Below are positions 30,668-40,271 of a DNA stretch of 45,935 bases, piece after piece. Both the position numbers and the translations under genes were made by a program. Source of the stretch: Elusimicrobiales bacterium (lineage in GTDB: Bacteria > Elusimicrobiota > Elusimicrobia > Elusimicrobiales > UBA9959); contig JBMFKQ010000010.1 of assembly GCA_049972095.1 (NCBI GenBank), positions 1-45,935 of the forward strand. The letters are read 5' to 3'. The notes beneath the pieces were generated by a model. The model was not told the DNA's origin. It saw only the letters and a list, made by a program, of their open reading frames with translations, and ran no database searches. Every line of letters starts with the position of its first letter. Within the stretch, counting starts at the first letter, position 1.

Positions 30668-31918
30668 TTATTCCTCTTCTCTTCTTATCTTTACTCCAAT
30701 AGATTTAAGCTTCTCATCAAGCCTTTCATAGCCTCTATCTATGTGGTAAACTCTTCTTATCTTTGAAACCCCATGTGCAGCACATGCAGCTAAAACAAGC
30801 CCTGCACCTGCTCTAAGATCACTAACCATAACCGTTGCACCCATCAACCTTTTAACACCATTAACATAAGCCCTACCTCCCAAAACCTTTATATCAGCAC
30901 CCATCCTTAAAAGCTCAGGGACATGCATAAATCTGTTTTCAAATATCTTTTCATTTATAACAGATCTCCCATTTGCATAGCACATATATGCCATCCATTG
31001 AGCCTGAAGATCAGTTGGAAAGCCTGGGTATGGTTTGGTAGTTATACTGACAGGTTTTATATCTCTAACTTTTTTAACCCTTATAGAGTTTTCATCCATA
31101 CTAATATCTGCTCCACTTTTAGAAAGTTTTCTTAAAACACATAAGATATTATCTTTATAGGCATCTTTTATGACAAGCTCTCCACACATTGCAGCAAGAA
31201 TAGCAAATGTTGATGCCTCTATTCTATCAGGAATAACCGAGTGAGAAAAACCTTTTAATTTTTTTGCCCCTCTTATTTTTATAATATCAGTTCCATCACC
31301 ACTTATCTTTGCGCCCATCTTTCTCAAAACATCCGCAAGGTCAGATATCTCTGGTTCTTTTGCAGCATTTTCAATAACAGTTACATCATCTATAAGAGAT
31401 GCTGCCATCATTATATTCTCAGTCGCACCAACGCTTGGAAATCTAAATCTTATATAAGCCCCTTTTAGTTTTTTTGCTCTCATTACAACATAACCCTGCT
31501 CAAGTCTCACATCAGCACCAAGTCTTCTAAAGCCTTCAAGATGTATATCTATTGGCCTTACGCCTATTTCACAACCGCCCGGCATTGAAAATCTAACCTT
31601 TTTAAATCTTGCAAGCATAGGTCCTGCAATAAGAACTGATGCCCTCATTTTTCTAACAAGATCATAAGGTGCCTCAGTCAGTATGTCTTTATTCTCAGAT
31701 ACCTCAAATCTATTAAATCCAAAAAAACACTCTTTACCGCAGTAAGAAAGAAGCTCATAAGTAGTTTTTATATCCACAAGTTCAGGCACATTTTCCACAA
31801 CACATTTTTCATCGCTAAGCATTGTGGCAAAAAGCACTGGAAGGCTTGAATTTTTTGAACCACTGACTTTTATCTCGCCGCATACTTTGGAAGGACCTTC
31901 AATTATAAAACAATCCAT
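30668..31918 (-). CDS. murA: UDP-N-acetylglucosamine 1-carboxyvinyltransferase
   Basis: SGSKN, KMRAS, PGGCEIGVRPID.H, SVGATEN, PDRIEA, PGFPTDLQ, DLRAG, DRGY. Confidence 0.98.
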   Translation of the reverse strand: MDCFIIEGPSKVCGEIKVSGSKNSSLPVLFATMLSDEKCVVENVPELVDIKTTYELLSYCGKECFFGFNRFEVSENKDILTEAPYDLVRKMRASVLIAGPMLARFKKVRFSMPGGCEIGVRPIDIHLEGFRRLGADVRLEQGYVVMRAKKLKGAYIRFRFPSVGATENIMMAASLIDDVTVIENAAKEPEISDLADVLRKMGAKISGDGTDIIKIRGAKKLKGFSHSVIPDRIEASTFAILAAMCGELVIKDAYKDNILCVLRKLSKSGADISMDENSIRVKKVRDIKPVSITTKPYPGFPTDLQAQWMAYMCYANGRSVINEKIFENRFMHVPELLRMGADIKVLGGRAYVNGVKRLMGATVMVSDLRAGAGLVLAACAAHGVSKIRRVYHIDRGYERLDEKLKSIGVKIRREEE

Positions 31919-32739
31919 TAAACTACCACCTTTACAAATCTATCTTTACCGCTCATATCCTTTATTATCTCAAAATTATTAAACCTCATAAATATCTCTG
32001 TTATCTTTTGAGTGTAATACTCACCTATCTCACACAAAAAAACACCACCCTTTTTCATAACCATCTCAATATTTGATGCAATATATCTTATCATACGAAG
32101 CCCATCCTTACCACTTACAACAGATGATACAGGCTCTTTCTTCACCTCATCATCAAGCATATCATACATATCTTGAGGAATATATGGTGGATTTGAAACA
32201 ACAACATCAAATCTTATATCCAAAGCATCTATTTTGGAGGAGAGAATTGGAATGTAGTTTGATAGAGAAAATCTTTTAGAGTTTTCAACCATAACTGAAT
32301 ATGCCTTCTTTGATCTTTCTATACCATAAACTGTTGCATTTGGATTTTTAATGGCTATGTAAATACCAATAGCGCCACTGCCTGCACAGAAATCAAGAAG
32401 AGTTGGTCTTGAAAATCTTTGAGTTTGGCTTAGAGCTATTAGAGTAAGCTCTTCTGTCTCTGGCCTTGGAACAAAAACCCCTTTTTTTATGAAGAGATCA
32501 ATATCAAGAAACCTATGTCTTGAAAGAATCCAAGAGAGAGGAATGTGTTTTATTCTTTGGCAAACAGATTCTTGAAGTTTTTCTATCTTTTTATCATCTA
32601 TATCTCTGTCAGGCTGAGTCCAGAGAGAAAACCTTGGTAGTTCACACACCTCACTCAAGATAATATCAAACTCTTTTTCTTTGCCTTTTAGTTTCTCTAT
32701 ATCGCATTTGAAACTTTCAAATATCTCAAAGACTTTCAT
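31918..32739 (-). CDS. prmC: Release factor glutamine methyltransferase (HemK)
   Basis: [26 protein letters not shown]...G.DGL motifs. Directly follows prfA. Confidence 0.95.
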   Translation of the reverse strand: MKVFEIFESFKCDIEKLKGKEKEFDIILSEVCELPRFSLWTQPDRDIDDKKIEKLQESVCQRIKHIPLSWILSRHRFLDIDLFIKKGVFVPRPETEELTLIALSQTQRFSRPTLLDFCAGSGAIGIYIAIKNPNATVYGIERSKKAYSVMVENSKRFSLSNYIPILSSKIDALDIRFDVVVSNPPYIPQDMYDMLDDEVKKEPVSSVVSGKDGLRMIRYIASNIEMVMKKGGVFLCEIGEYYTQKITEIFMRFNNFEIIKDMSGKDRFVKVVV

Positions 32740-33793
32740 TTTGAGCCAGTGCCACCCTTATGTCCTCTATCATCTTCTGCATTTTACCTTCCATTACCTC
32801 GTCAATATTAAACCATGAGATATTAACCCTATGATCCGTAATACGGTTTTGAGGAAAATTATATGTCCTTATTTTCTCTGCTCTCTGTCCACTTCCAACC
32901 TGGCTTTTTCTCTGCAAATAAACAGTCTTTAAGAGCTTTAAATCTTCAACCTCTTTAAGCTTTGCGCACAGAAGCTTCATTGCCCTATCTTTATTTTGAA
33001 ACTGTGATCTTTCTTGTTGACATTGAACAACTATGCCTGTTGGTATATGTGTTATTCTAACAGCAGTTTCAACCTTATTAACATTTTGCCCACCATGTCC
33101 GCTTGCACGATATGTATCTATCTTTATATCAGATGGGTTTATTCTAATCTCATTTGCCTCAGCCTCACATAAAACAGCAACAGTAATCGTAGATGTATGT
33201 ATCCTTCCACTAGCCTCAGTGCGTGGGATCCTTTGAACCCTATGAACACCTGCCTCATATTTAAACCACCAAAATGGCTTATTACCAGATATATGTATCA
33301 CGGCTGTTTTTACGCCCTTAAGATCACTTGGCGAAATATCCTCCACATTTACACTCATATTAAGACTTTGAGCAAATTTCATATATGCCCTCAAAAGCTC
33401 TGATGCAAAAAGGCAAGCTTCCTCTCCTCCAACCCCTGCTCTAACCTCAAGATATATATTCTTTTCATCCCTCTCATCCTTTGGAAGTGTTTTAAGCAAT
33501 AATTGAGTTTCATATTCACTAATCCTTTTCTCAAGCTCTTCAATCTCAGCCTTAGCAAGCTCTTTAAGCTCAAGATCTTTTGATAAGTTTAAGATCTCTC
33601 TATTATGCTCTATATTTTCAACAGCACTAAGATATTTCCTATAAACATCGGTTATCTCCTTAACCTCAGTATATCTTTTCATCATAGCAGTATAATTTTC
33701 AATCTGAGAATGATTGGAAACAGAAATCTTTTTTTCAATCTCATAATATTCTTTTTCAATTTCTTTAAGCTTTTCTTCAAGTTTTTTATTCAT
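32726..33793 (-). CDS. prfA: Peptide chain release factor 1
   Basis: [18 protein letters not shown] (PxT, RF1-specific), [19 protein letters not shown]. Confidence 0.97.
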   Translation of the reverse strand: MNKKLEEKLKEIEKEYYEIEKKISVSNHSQIENYTAMMKRYTEVKEITDVYRKYLSAVENIEHNREILNLSKDLELKELAKAEIEELEKRISEYETQLLLKTLPKDERDEKNIYLEVRAGVGGEEACLFASELLRAYMKFAQSLNMSVNVEDISPSDLKGVKTAVIHISGNKPFWWFKYEAGVHRVQRIPRTEASGRIHTSTITVAVLCEAEANEIRINPSDIKIDTYRASGHGGQNVNKVETAVRITHIPTGIVVQCQQERSQFQNKDRAMKLLCAKLKEVEDLKLLKTVYLQRKSQVGSGQRAEKIRTYNFPQNRITDHRVNISWFNIDEVMEGKMQKMIEDIRVALAQNESL

Positions 33794-33798
33794 AAAAT

Positions 33799-33830
33799 AA
33801 AAAAGCCGGATAGAGATTTATATATCCGGC
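33799..33830 (-). terminator. Intrinsic terminator after rpmE
   Basis: GCCGGATA-N10-TATCCGGC stem followed by TTTTTT on the minus strand. Confidence 0.8.
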
Positions 33831-33848
33831 CTTAATATAATAAACATT

Positions 33849-34205
33849 CTACTTGGCTTTTTTCTTATCCTTATCACCCTTGGTTCTTCTTTCAACCTTC
33901 TTAACCTCTACCTTTACACCGGTTGGCGTAGCTTTTCTGTGAGCAGGTGTAACCTTCGGCATCTTAACCTTTGCTTTTGATCTTGTCTTTGAGATTGTGC
34001 TAACATCAACAGAAGAGTATTTCTTTTTGAACCTTTCAACCCTTCCTTCTGTATCCACTATCTTGTGCTTTCCTGTATAGAACGGATGACAGTTTGAGCA
34101 TATCTCAACCTTTATTGAATCCTTGGTTGATCTTGTAAGAAAACTATTGCCACATGCACATACAACCTCGCATAAGCCATAGTTTGGATGTATTTTATCT
34201 TTCAT
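33849..34205 (-). CDS. rpmE: 50S ribosomal protein L31 (Zn-binding type) with Lys-rich C-terminal extension
   Basis: [33 protein letters not shown] 34205 follows the GAAGGAG SD. Confidence 0.95.
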   Translation of the reverse strand: MKDKIHPNYGLCEVVCACGNSFLTRSTKDSIKVEICSNCHPFYTGKHKIVDTEGRVERFKKKYSSVDVSTISKTRSKAKVKMPKVTPAHRKATPTGVKVEVKKVERRTKGDKDKKKAK

Positions 34206-34295
34206 AGATACTCCTTCTACAAACACAAACCAACTACAATTATTCCTTTTTCTTTCAATATATTTTAGCATATTTATTGCTATAATTTATTTGAA

Positions 34296-36194
34296 ATGAT
34301 AAACATTGTTGTTTATGGATTTACATCATTCATATCTCAGATACTTCTAATAAGAGAAATCATAGCAGATTTTGGAGCTGATGAAATAATCATTGCATTT
34401 GCAACAGGGATGTGGATAATAACAACAAGCCTTGGGGTTTATATCCAAAGCAAAATACTCAAATATAATGAAAAAATAATCCCATTTTTTCACTCCATAT
34501 CAGCATTTCTAATAACTGCCCAGATAATAGTCATAAGAGCAACAAAAAAATTCCTCTCCCCCCTTGGCGAGTCTATAGACCCATTAACAAAATCTGCTAT
34601 TGTGTTAATATCAATATCAATCTACACAATCATATCAGGAGTTTATTTTTCAGTATCAGCAAAGGAGAATGAATATAAAAAGACTAAAACTGTATTCGTT
34701 TATGATAGCGTCGGCTTTGGAGTTGGAGCAGTTTTATCATATCTAATGATATCACACATCAAGCTTAACAATATTATACTCCTGGTAGCAGTTATAAACC
34801 TTATAGTTCTTGTTAAAAAATTTCCGTTGAAATATTCTTTTTATTTGCTATCCTCTGTGCTAATAATCATACCTCTAAACAATCTAAAATTAAACACAAA
34901 AAACAGATATGAAATATTTTCCACTGACTCACATTATGGAAGAATAAGAGTATTTTCAAACGCCTCATCAAACTACATATACTACGACTCATCCTACATA
35001 TACGGTCCACAGGACAGAGATTTTGTAGAAAGAAAGGTGATGGCAGGATCTCTTTTTATGGATGATGTAAAAACCTCAGCATGTCTTTCGGAAAGCCTGT
35101 TTTTCTGCAGCATACTTAGTGAAAAATCAAATTCAGATGTGATATATATAAACAGTGATTTAGATTTTTTTAAAATTCAAAAAAGATTTTATGCTATTGA
35201 CACAAACATAAAAACTGAGTTTAAAAACCCTATCCATTTCCTTAAGAAAAACTCATCAAAATTCAGCTCATTTATAATTGATAAATCTCTTCCAAAAACT
35301 CTGTCAGAGAGTATTATCTTTAGCTCAAGATTTATAAGGATGATAAAAGAATCCTTAGATAAGGATGGAAGACTTATAATCTTTATTTCATATCCACAAT
35401 CACCAAACAGATATGAAAAAACTGTTGTAGAAAATCTCTACTCAGAGATCAAAAAAAACTTTATATCATCCATTATATACTACGACGATTTTTTAATGAT
35501 TGTAGCATCTGATAGAAAAACTCTAAAAGCCTTACCAAAAAATGAGTATGAAAAGTTTTATTCTGAATATCTTAAAGAAAGAGAAAAAACAGCCAAGTTT
35601 GAACCATCAAAAAAATATCTCTCTGCATATCTTCTTTCAATCCTCTCGGATATATCAAAGCACATGCAAAACCTCAATCTTTCTGAAAAAAATTTAGTCC
35701 TCATATTTTATCTCCTTTTAGCAACAGTAATATATCTTCTCATAAAAACACCATATAATACAAGAGTTATGATAACCTCATCCTTCATATCCCTCTCATG
35801 TGAGATATCAGCTATCATATTTCACCAAATAGAAAGTGGATACATATACAGGGATATATCACTGATTCTATTTTCCGTTATGATAGGACTTTCAATAGGC
35901 ACACATTTAAAACTAAAACAGATTATTGCTCTCTTCATATCCGCGCTAATGTTTGCCTCAATGCCATTTCTTAAAAACCTATTTTTGATGATACCAGCTC
36001 TATTTATATCCGCAGCAATGAATGGCTCTATCTTTGCAGGGATATCAGAGAGAGAGGGGGTTAAAACATATCTCTATGATCTTATGGGTGCCTTCTTATC
36101 AACAGTTGTGTCAGTTATGTTTTTTATGATCACTACAAACCTTACAAACTTCCTTCTTTTTGCTATAGCTGTTTTTCTGATCCTCAAAAAATGA
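34296..36194 (+). CDS. Membrane protein of the fused membrane/spermidine-synthase-like family (degenerate)
   Basis: N-terminal 'GF.S...Q..L.RE' TM block, DS.YGRI, F....K..L..DG central domain, C-terminal TM block with 'Y..DL.GA'. Confidence 0.6.
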   Translation: MINIVVYGFTSFISQILLIREIIADFGADEIIIAFATGMWIITTSLGVYIQSKILKYNEKIIPFFHSISAFLITAQIIVIRATKKFLSPLGESIDPLTKSAIVLISISIYTIISGVYFSVSAKENEYKKTKTVFVYDSVGFGVGAVLSYLMISHIKLNNIILLVAVINLIVLVKKFPLKYSFYLLSSVLIIIPLNNLKLNTKNRYEIFSTDSHYGRIRVFSNASSNYIYYDSSYIYGPQDRDFVERKVMAGSLFMDDVKTSACLSESLFFCSILSEKSNSDVIYINSDLDFFKIQKRFYAIDTNIKTEFKNPIHFLKKNSSKFSSFIIDKSLPKTLSESIIFSSRFIRMIKESLDKDGRLIIFISYPQSPNRYEKTVVENLYSEIKKNFISSIIYYDDFLMIVASDRKTLKALPKNEYEKFYSEYLKEREKTAKFEPSKKYLSAYLLSILSDISKHMQNLNLSEKNLVLIFYLLLATVIYLLIKTPYNTRVMITSSFISLSCEISAIIFHQIESGYIYRDISLILFSVMIGLSIGTHLKLKQIIALFISALMFASMPFLKNLFLMIPALFISAAMNGSIFAGISEREGVKTYLYDLMGAFLSTVVSVMFFMITTNLTNFLLFAIAVFLILKK

Positions 36195-36965
36195 GTAGAT
36201 GAGCATTCTTAAATAATCATAATCCCTAAGAGAAAAACCAAAAAGATATGTTGGAACCTTCTTATATATTCTTTCAGCAAGCAAAAAGATTCTTTTAGAA
36301 GTCTCACTGCTTGAAAAGTTGATGATAGTCTTCATAATATTCTTAAAATAAAAGGCTTGTGATACAGTTTTAAGATTCACATCCCTTGATTTTTTCAAAA
36401 AAAAGACTCCTGTTAGTTTTCCACTGAGGTTTTTACAAGCAGGCTTTTTAAAACCTCCCCAGAAAGGTGTAGAAAAGAGATAAAAAACATCCCTTTTTCT
36501 TACAACAGCACATATCTCATCACTCATTATCTCAAAATCCCCACAAAGCATTGTTGATAATGTTGTTTTACCAGAACCGCTTTTGCCAGGAAATAAAATG
36601 GAATAGCCTTTATGAAAAATACCTGCAGAATGAATCAAAAAATCACCTGAAGTCATAAGTTTTTGAGAAATGAAAATTCTTAAAAAATTTTCAAAAAAAT
36701 AGATGTTTTCTTTTATAAAAAGATTTCCAGATAAAGGTGATGTTTGCTCAAAAATAAATCCTTCACCACATATAATAAGGGGCTCTCTTTTAATATATAT
36801 CTTTCTTAAAATAACCTCTGATATCTGATAAAGGTTTACAGTAAATTGACTTTTATCTGTTAGAAAACCAAAATATCTCTCTTTAATTTTCTTATAAAAT
36901 AGAACACTCTTTTTATCAAACACAAAAGATATAGAAATTTGAGCAATCTCAATAGATAATTTCAT
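36111..36965 (-). CDS. HPr-kinase-related P-loop protein (ScmC/HprK-related type)
   Basis: LIHSAG, F.GKSGSGKTTL, SDE, TPFWG motifs. Confidence 0.7.
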   Translation of the reverse strand: MKLSIEIAQISISFVFDKKSVLFYKKIKERYFGFLTDKSQFTVNLYQISEVILRKIYIKREPLIICGEGFIFEQTSPLSGNLFIKENIYFFENFLRIFISQKLMTSGDFLIHSAGIFHKGYSILFPGKSGSGKTTLSTMLCGDFEIMSDEICAVVRKRDVFYLFSTPFWGGFKKPACKNLSGKLTGVFFLKKSRDVNLKTVSQAFYFKNIMKTIINFSSSETSKRIFLLAERIYKKVPTYLFGFSLRDYDYLRMLIYSFFEDQKNSYSKKKEVCKVCSDHKKHN

Positions 36966-38023
36966 ATCCTTTTCACCACAACCTTCACAATCTCACCTTG
37001 TGATAAAAATCTCATCTGAGGACCCCAGACACTTGCTCCACTGCTCACATAAATAACTGAATTTTTTCTTTCATATTTACCACAGAAGTAAGGATAGAAG
37101 ATCTTAATAAAGATATGAAATGGAAATATCTGACCGCAGTGAGTATGACCGCTAAGCATAAAAACATCATATTCATTAGAAATCTCTTTAAAATAAAGTG
37201 GCTGATGAGAAATTATTATATTGAAATAACCTTCTTTATAATTCTTTCCAATAAATGATTTAACATCATCAAAAAGAAGTCCTCTTGTATGTATATCATC
37301 AATACCTATTAGATTAAGCTGCCCATAAGATAAAGAGTTTGAGGTTATATCCTTAAAATTCATCATCTCTATATCTTTTTTGCTTTTATCTATACCATAG
37401 TAATACTCATGATTACCCATTACAAAAAAAACTTTTTTATTGGATATATTTTTTAAGCATTGACTCATTCTAAAACCTGGGTCAAAGAGATCCCCACCTA
37501 TAACAATAAACTCCCCGCTACCTTCATTTAGTTTCTTCATAATCCTACAAAACATACTTCTTTTGAAAGGAAAATCAATATGAAGATCAGAGATAAAATA
37601 AAACACATAATCTCTGCTAATTTTATTAGACTCAACAACGATTTCTTTTTCTTCCGGAAACTTTAAAGATGAAACAACTGAATAAATAACAATTAACATT
37701 GAAAGCACACAGGCAGAATAAAACAAATATTTGAAGTTAATCTTCAAAAAAATTCCAATAAAATCAACCAAAGAAAAAACAAATGCTGTAACTAAAACAA
37801 ATCCCATCCACATAAAAGCCGCAAGATAAAAATAACTTAAGATATCTTTATAGAAAACCCCTCTCATAAAAACAATACTGATAGATAAAAGACACATTGA
37901 AAGAAAAAACAGTCTTATCTTACTCTGTTCAAAAGCATATCTTGATATAAAATTTGCAATATAAAGATGAAGGCAAACATAAAAAAATGAGAATATAACA
38001 AAGACAATAAAAAATTTTTTCAT
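36962..38023 (-). CDS. Membrane-anchored metallophosphoesterase (YkuE-like)
   Basis: N-terminal TMs followed by SDLH, GGDLFD, GNHEYY, SHQP, SGHTH.GQ. Confidence 0.9.
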   Translation of the reverse strand: MKKFFIVFVIFSFFYVCLHLYIANFISRYAFEQSKIRLFFLSMCLLSISIVFMRGVFYKDILSYFYLAAFMWMGFVLVTAFVFSLVDFIGIFLKINFKYLFYSACVLSMLIVIYSVVSSLKFPEEKEIVVESNKISRDYVFYFISDLHIDFPFKRSMFCRIMKKLNEGSGEFIVIGGDLFDPGFRMSQCLKNISNKKVFFVMGNHEYYYGIDKSKKDIEMMNFKDITSNSLSYGQLNLIGIDDIHTRGLLFDDVKSFIGKNYKEGYFNIIISHQPLYFKEISNEYDVFMLSGHTHCGQIFPFHIFIKIFYPYFCGKYERKNSVIYVSSGASVWGPQMRFLSQGEIVKVVVKRI

Positions 38024-38694
38024 AACCATTTAACGGACTCTGGTCCACAGTTCATAAGAAGATCAAGAGCACTCATATTCTCAACAAAACCCTTATAAAC
38101 CTGAGGATATGGTTTTATCTCAAAATTCTGCCAAACAATCTCTATCTTATGTAGTTTAAAAAGCGATTCATCAAGATAATACTTTGCTCCAATTCCAGAC
38201 AAATAAACATCTGCACCAAGCTTGAGACATATCTCAAGTAATCTCTGATTTGAAGTAGTCTTTATATCAAGCTCGGATGAAAAAACAAATTTGTTTTTTA
38301 TATCAAAATGCTTTCTAAAAAAATGAATCAGTCCCATTGACAGATCAATCATCTTTGAGTAATCCTTTGAATATATATCCTCTATCTTGCTGAAGTAATC
38401 ATTGAAATATTTTGCTTTTGAATAATTTATCTTTATCGCCTTGAGATGCTCTGTCTTCCAGTCAACGGTATTGTTTATCTCAACCTCATTTATCTTCTGA
38501 TAAAATCTTCCCTTAGTTATAACAGGAAGGGTTAGATACTGCCAGCCATCTACGGTCCTTATTTTGTTTCTGTTTTGAAACTCTCTTTTAACATACTGAA
38601 CATCATCAAGAAACACAAAAACATCACAGTCTTTCATCTTTGAAAAGTATCTTAATCCAGGCATAAAATGAATCTGATGGGCTGCAATTATCAT
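38020..38694 (-). CDS. WbqC-family protein
   Basis: HQ..F.P...YF.K, LDDVQY, NRNKI, YLSG.GA..YL, S.LDLL.N.G. Confidence 0.9.
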   Translation of the reverse strand: MIIAAHQIHFMPGLRYFSKMKDCDVFVFLDDVQYVKREFQNRNKIRTVDGWQYLTLPVITKGRFYQKINEVEINNTVDWKTEHLKAIKINYSKAKYFNDYFSKIEDIYSKDYSKMIDLSMGLIHFFRKHFDIKNKFVFSSELDIKTTSNQRLLEICLKLGADVYLSGIGAKYYLDESLFKLHKIEIVWQNFEIKPYPQVYKGFVENMSALDLLMNCGPESVKWL

Positions 38695-38697
38695 AAA

Positions 38698-39834
38698 CTA
38701 AAGAATAGATTTGTAAAGCTTAGTATAGAGGTATAAACATCTTTCAAAAGAATATTTTTTAAAACCATCTACGCTTTCATTTACCATAATGTATGATTCT
38801 TTTCCCATATTATACCTAAGCTCAACATCCCGGGCAAGCTTAATTATAGCCAAGGCAAAGGCATATACATCCTTTGGTTTTACAAGAAATCCGTTTATGC
38901 CATCTCTAACAAGATCTCTAATGCCGCATACATCTGATGCTATGATAGGTTTTGATAGAAGCTCTGCAATAATAATGGTTCTGCCAAGTCCCTCATTTAA
39001 AGACGGCTGCAGATATATATCCATTATGTTTATCCAGTCATAAACATTTGTCTGCCAACCCACCAAAACAAAATTTTTTTCTATCCCTAATTTTTTCACT
39101 TCATCCTCAATCTTCTTTCTGTTCTTACCATCACCCACAAGTATGAAAAAAATATCAGAATATTTTTTAAGGACCTGCCCAGCTGCAAGAACAAAATATA
39201 TATCCCCCTTAATATCCTCAAGCCTCATAACACTCCCAACAATAATCTTATTATCCTCTATATTAAGTTTTCTTCTTAAATCCTTTTCCTTTATCTCAAA
39301 TCTGTAATCTATCCCGCTTGGAATAACAACCCATTTATCCTGCTTTCCAACACCATATTCTAAGCTTTCCTTCCTTTCATTTTCTGTAAGTGCAACAAGA
39401 ACATCTGTTATAATAGATGTAACCCTTTCAATTAAAACAAAAAGATAGCTTTTAAATCTTCCAAAATATCCATAAAATATATGACCATGTGGAGTGTGAA
39501 TAATCTTAAGATTTCTCTTAAATACCATTCTATATAACCAACAAGCCCATCTACCAATAAAACCAGCCTTTGATGTATGTGTATGAACTATATCAGGCTT
39601 TTCTTTTATAAGAATCAAAAGAATTTTTAAAAAACTCAAAAAATCCTTTATTGGATTTATATCCCTCTCAAAAGTCTTTATATAATAAGACACAAAAGGA
39701 AAGACAAGTCTTTGCTTTGCTCCATAAATTAAAACAACATCAAAACCTTTTTTAAAAAGCGCAGTTGAGAGATCAATCACATTTTCGCTCGAGCCACCCT
39801 TATCAACTCGTGTTATAAGCTGAATAATCTTCAT
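38698..39834 (-). CDS. Glycosyltransferase family 4
   Basis: HTHTSKAG, HTPHGH, PSLNEGLG...AE, G.NG.L. Confidence 0.92.
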   Translation of the reverse strand: MKIIQLITRVDKGGSSENVIDLSTALFKKGFDVVLIYGAKQRLVFPFVSYYIKTFERDINPIKDFLSFLKILLILIKEKPDIVHTHTSKAGFIGRWACWLYRMVFKRNLKIIHTPHGHIFYGYFGRFKSYLFVLIERVTSIITDVLVALTENERKESLEYGVGKQDKWVVIPSGIDYRFEIKEKDLRRKLNIEDNKIIVGSVMRLEDIKGDIYFVLAAGQVLKKYSDIFFILVGDGKNRKKIEDEVKKLGIEKNFVLVGWQTNVYDWINIMDIYLQPSLNEGLGRTIIIAELLSKPIIASDVCGIRDLVRDGINGFLVKPKDVYAFALAIIKLARDVELRYNMGKESYIMVNESVDGFKKYSFERCLYLYTKLYKSIL

Positions 39835-40271
39835 CTTTTCCTCACAGCAAAAACCATAAATGATGGAGAGATTAGAATATGTTTTAGGCTTAGTTTAAAA
39901 AATAAAAGCGAGATAAAATAATAAACCTTCTTAATAAAACCAAGAAAAGATGAAAAAGAGAATTGTTTGTAGGGGTCTCCTTTAGTAAGATCTAGATACA
40001 CATCTTCTATTTCAAAATCATATTTAGAAAGAAGTATTACAATAGATTTGTATGTAAAACCACAACTTACAAACACACCAGGTGATTTAATCAAGAATGA
40101 AAAAAAATTAAGATATTTGTAAGCAAATCTATGAAAGGATGCGTTTTTTGTTCTGATAATAATAATTGGTAGAATAATGAAAATCAGATACATAAAAACC
40201 ACACTCTTACAAACCTCAATAAATCCACCTTTTTTTACCTTCTGTGACGAACATATAGGACATTTTTTCAT
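39831..40271 (-). pseudogene. Probable internally deleted class I SAM-dependent methyltransferase
   Basis: N-terminal CPIC zinc-ribbon start joined to a methyltransferase-like C-terminal part (IIIRTKNASF...GFT.KS...LL.K..FE). No GxGxG core. Confidence 0.45.
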
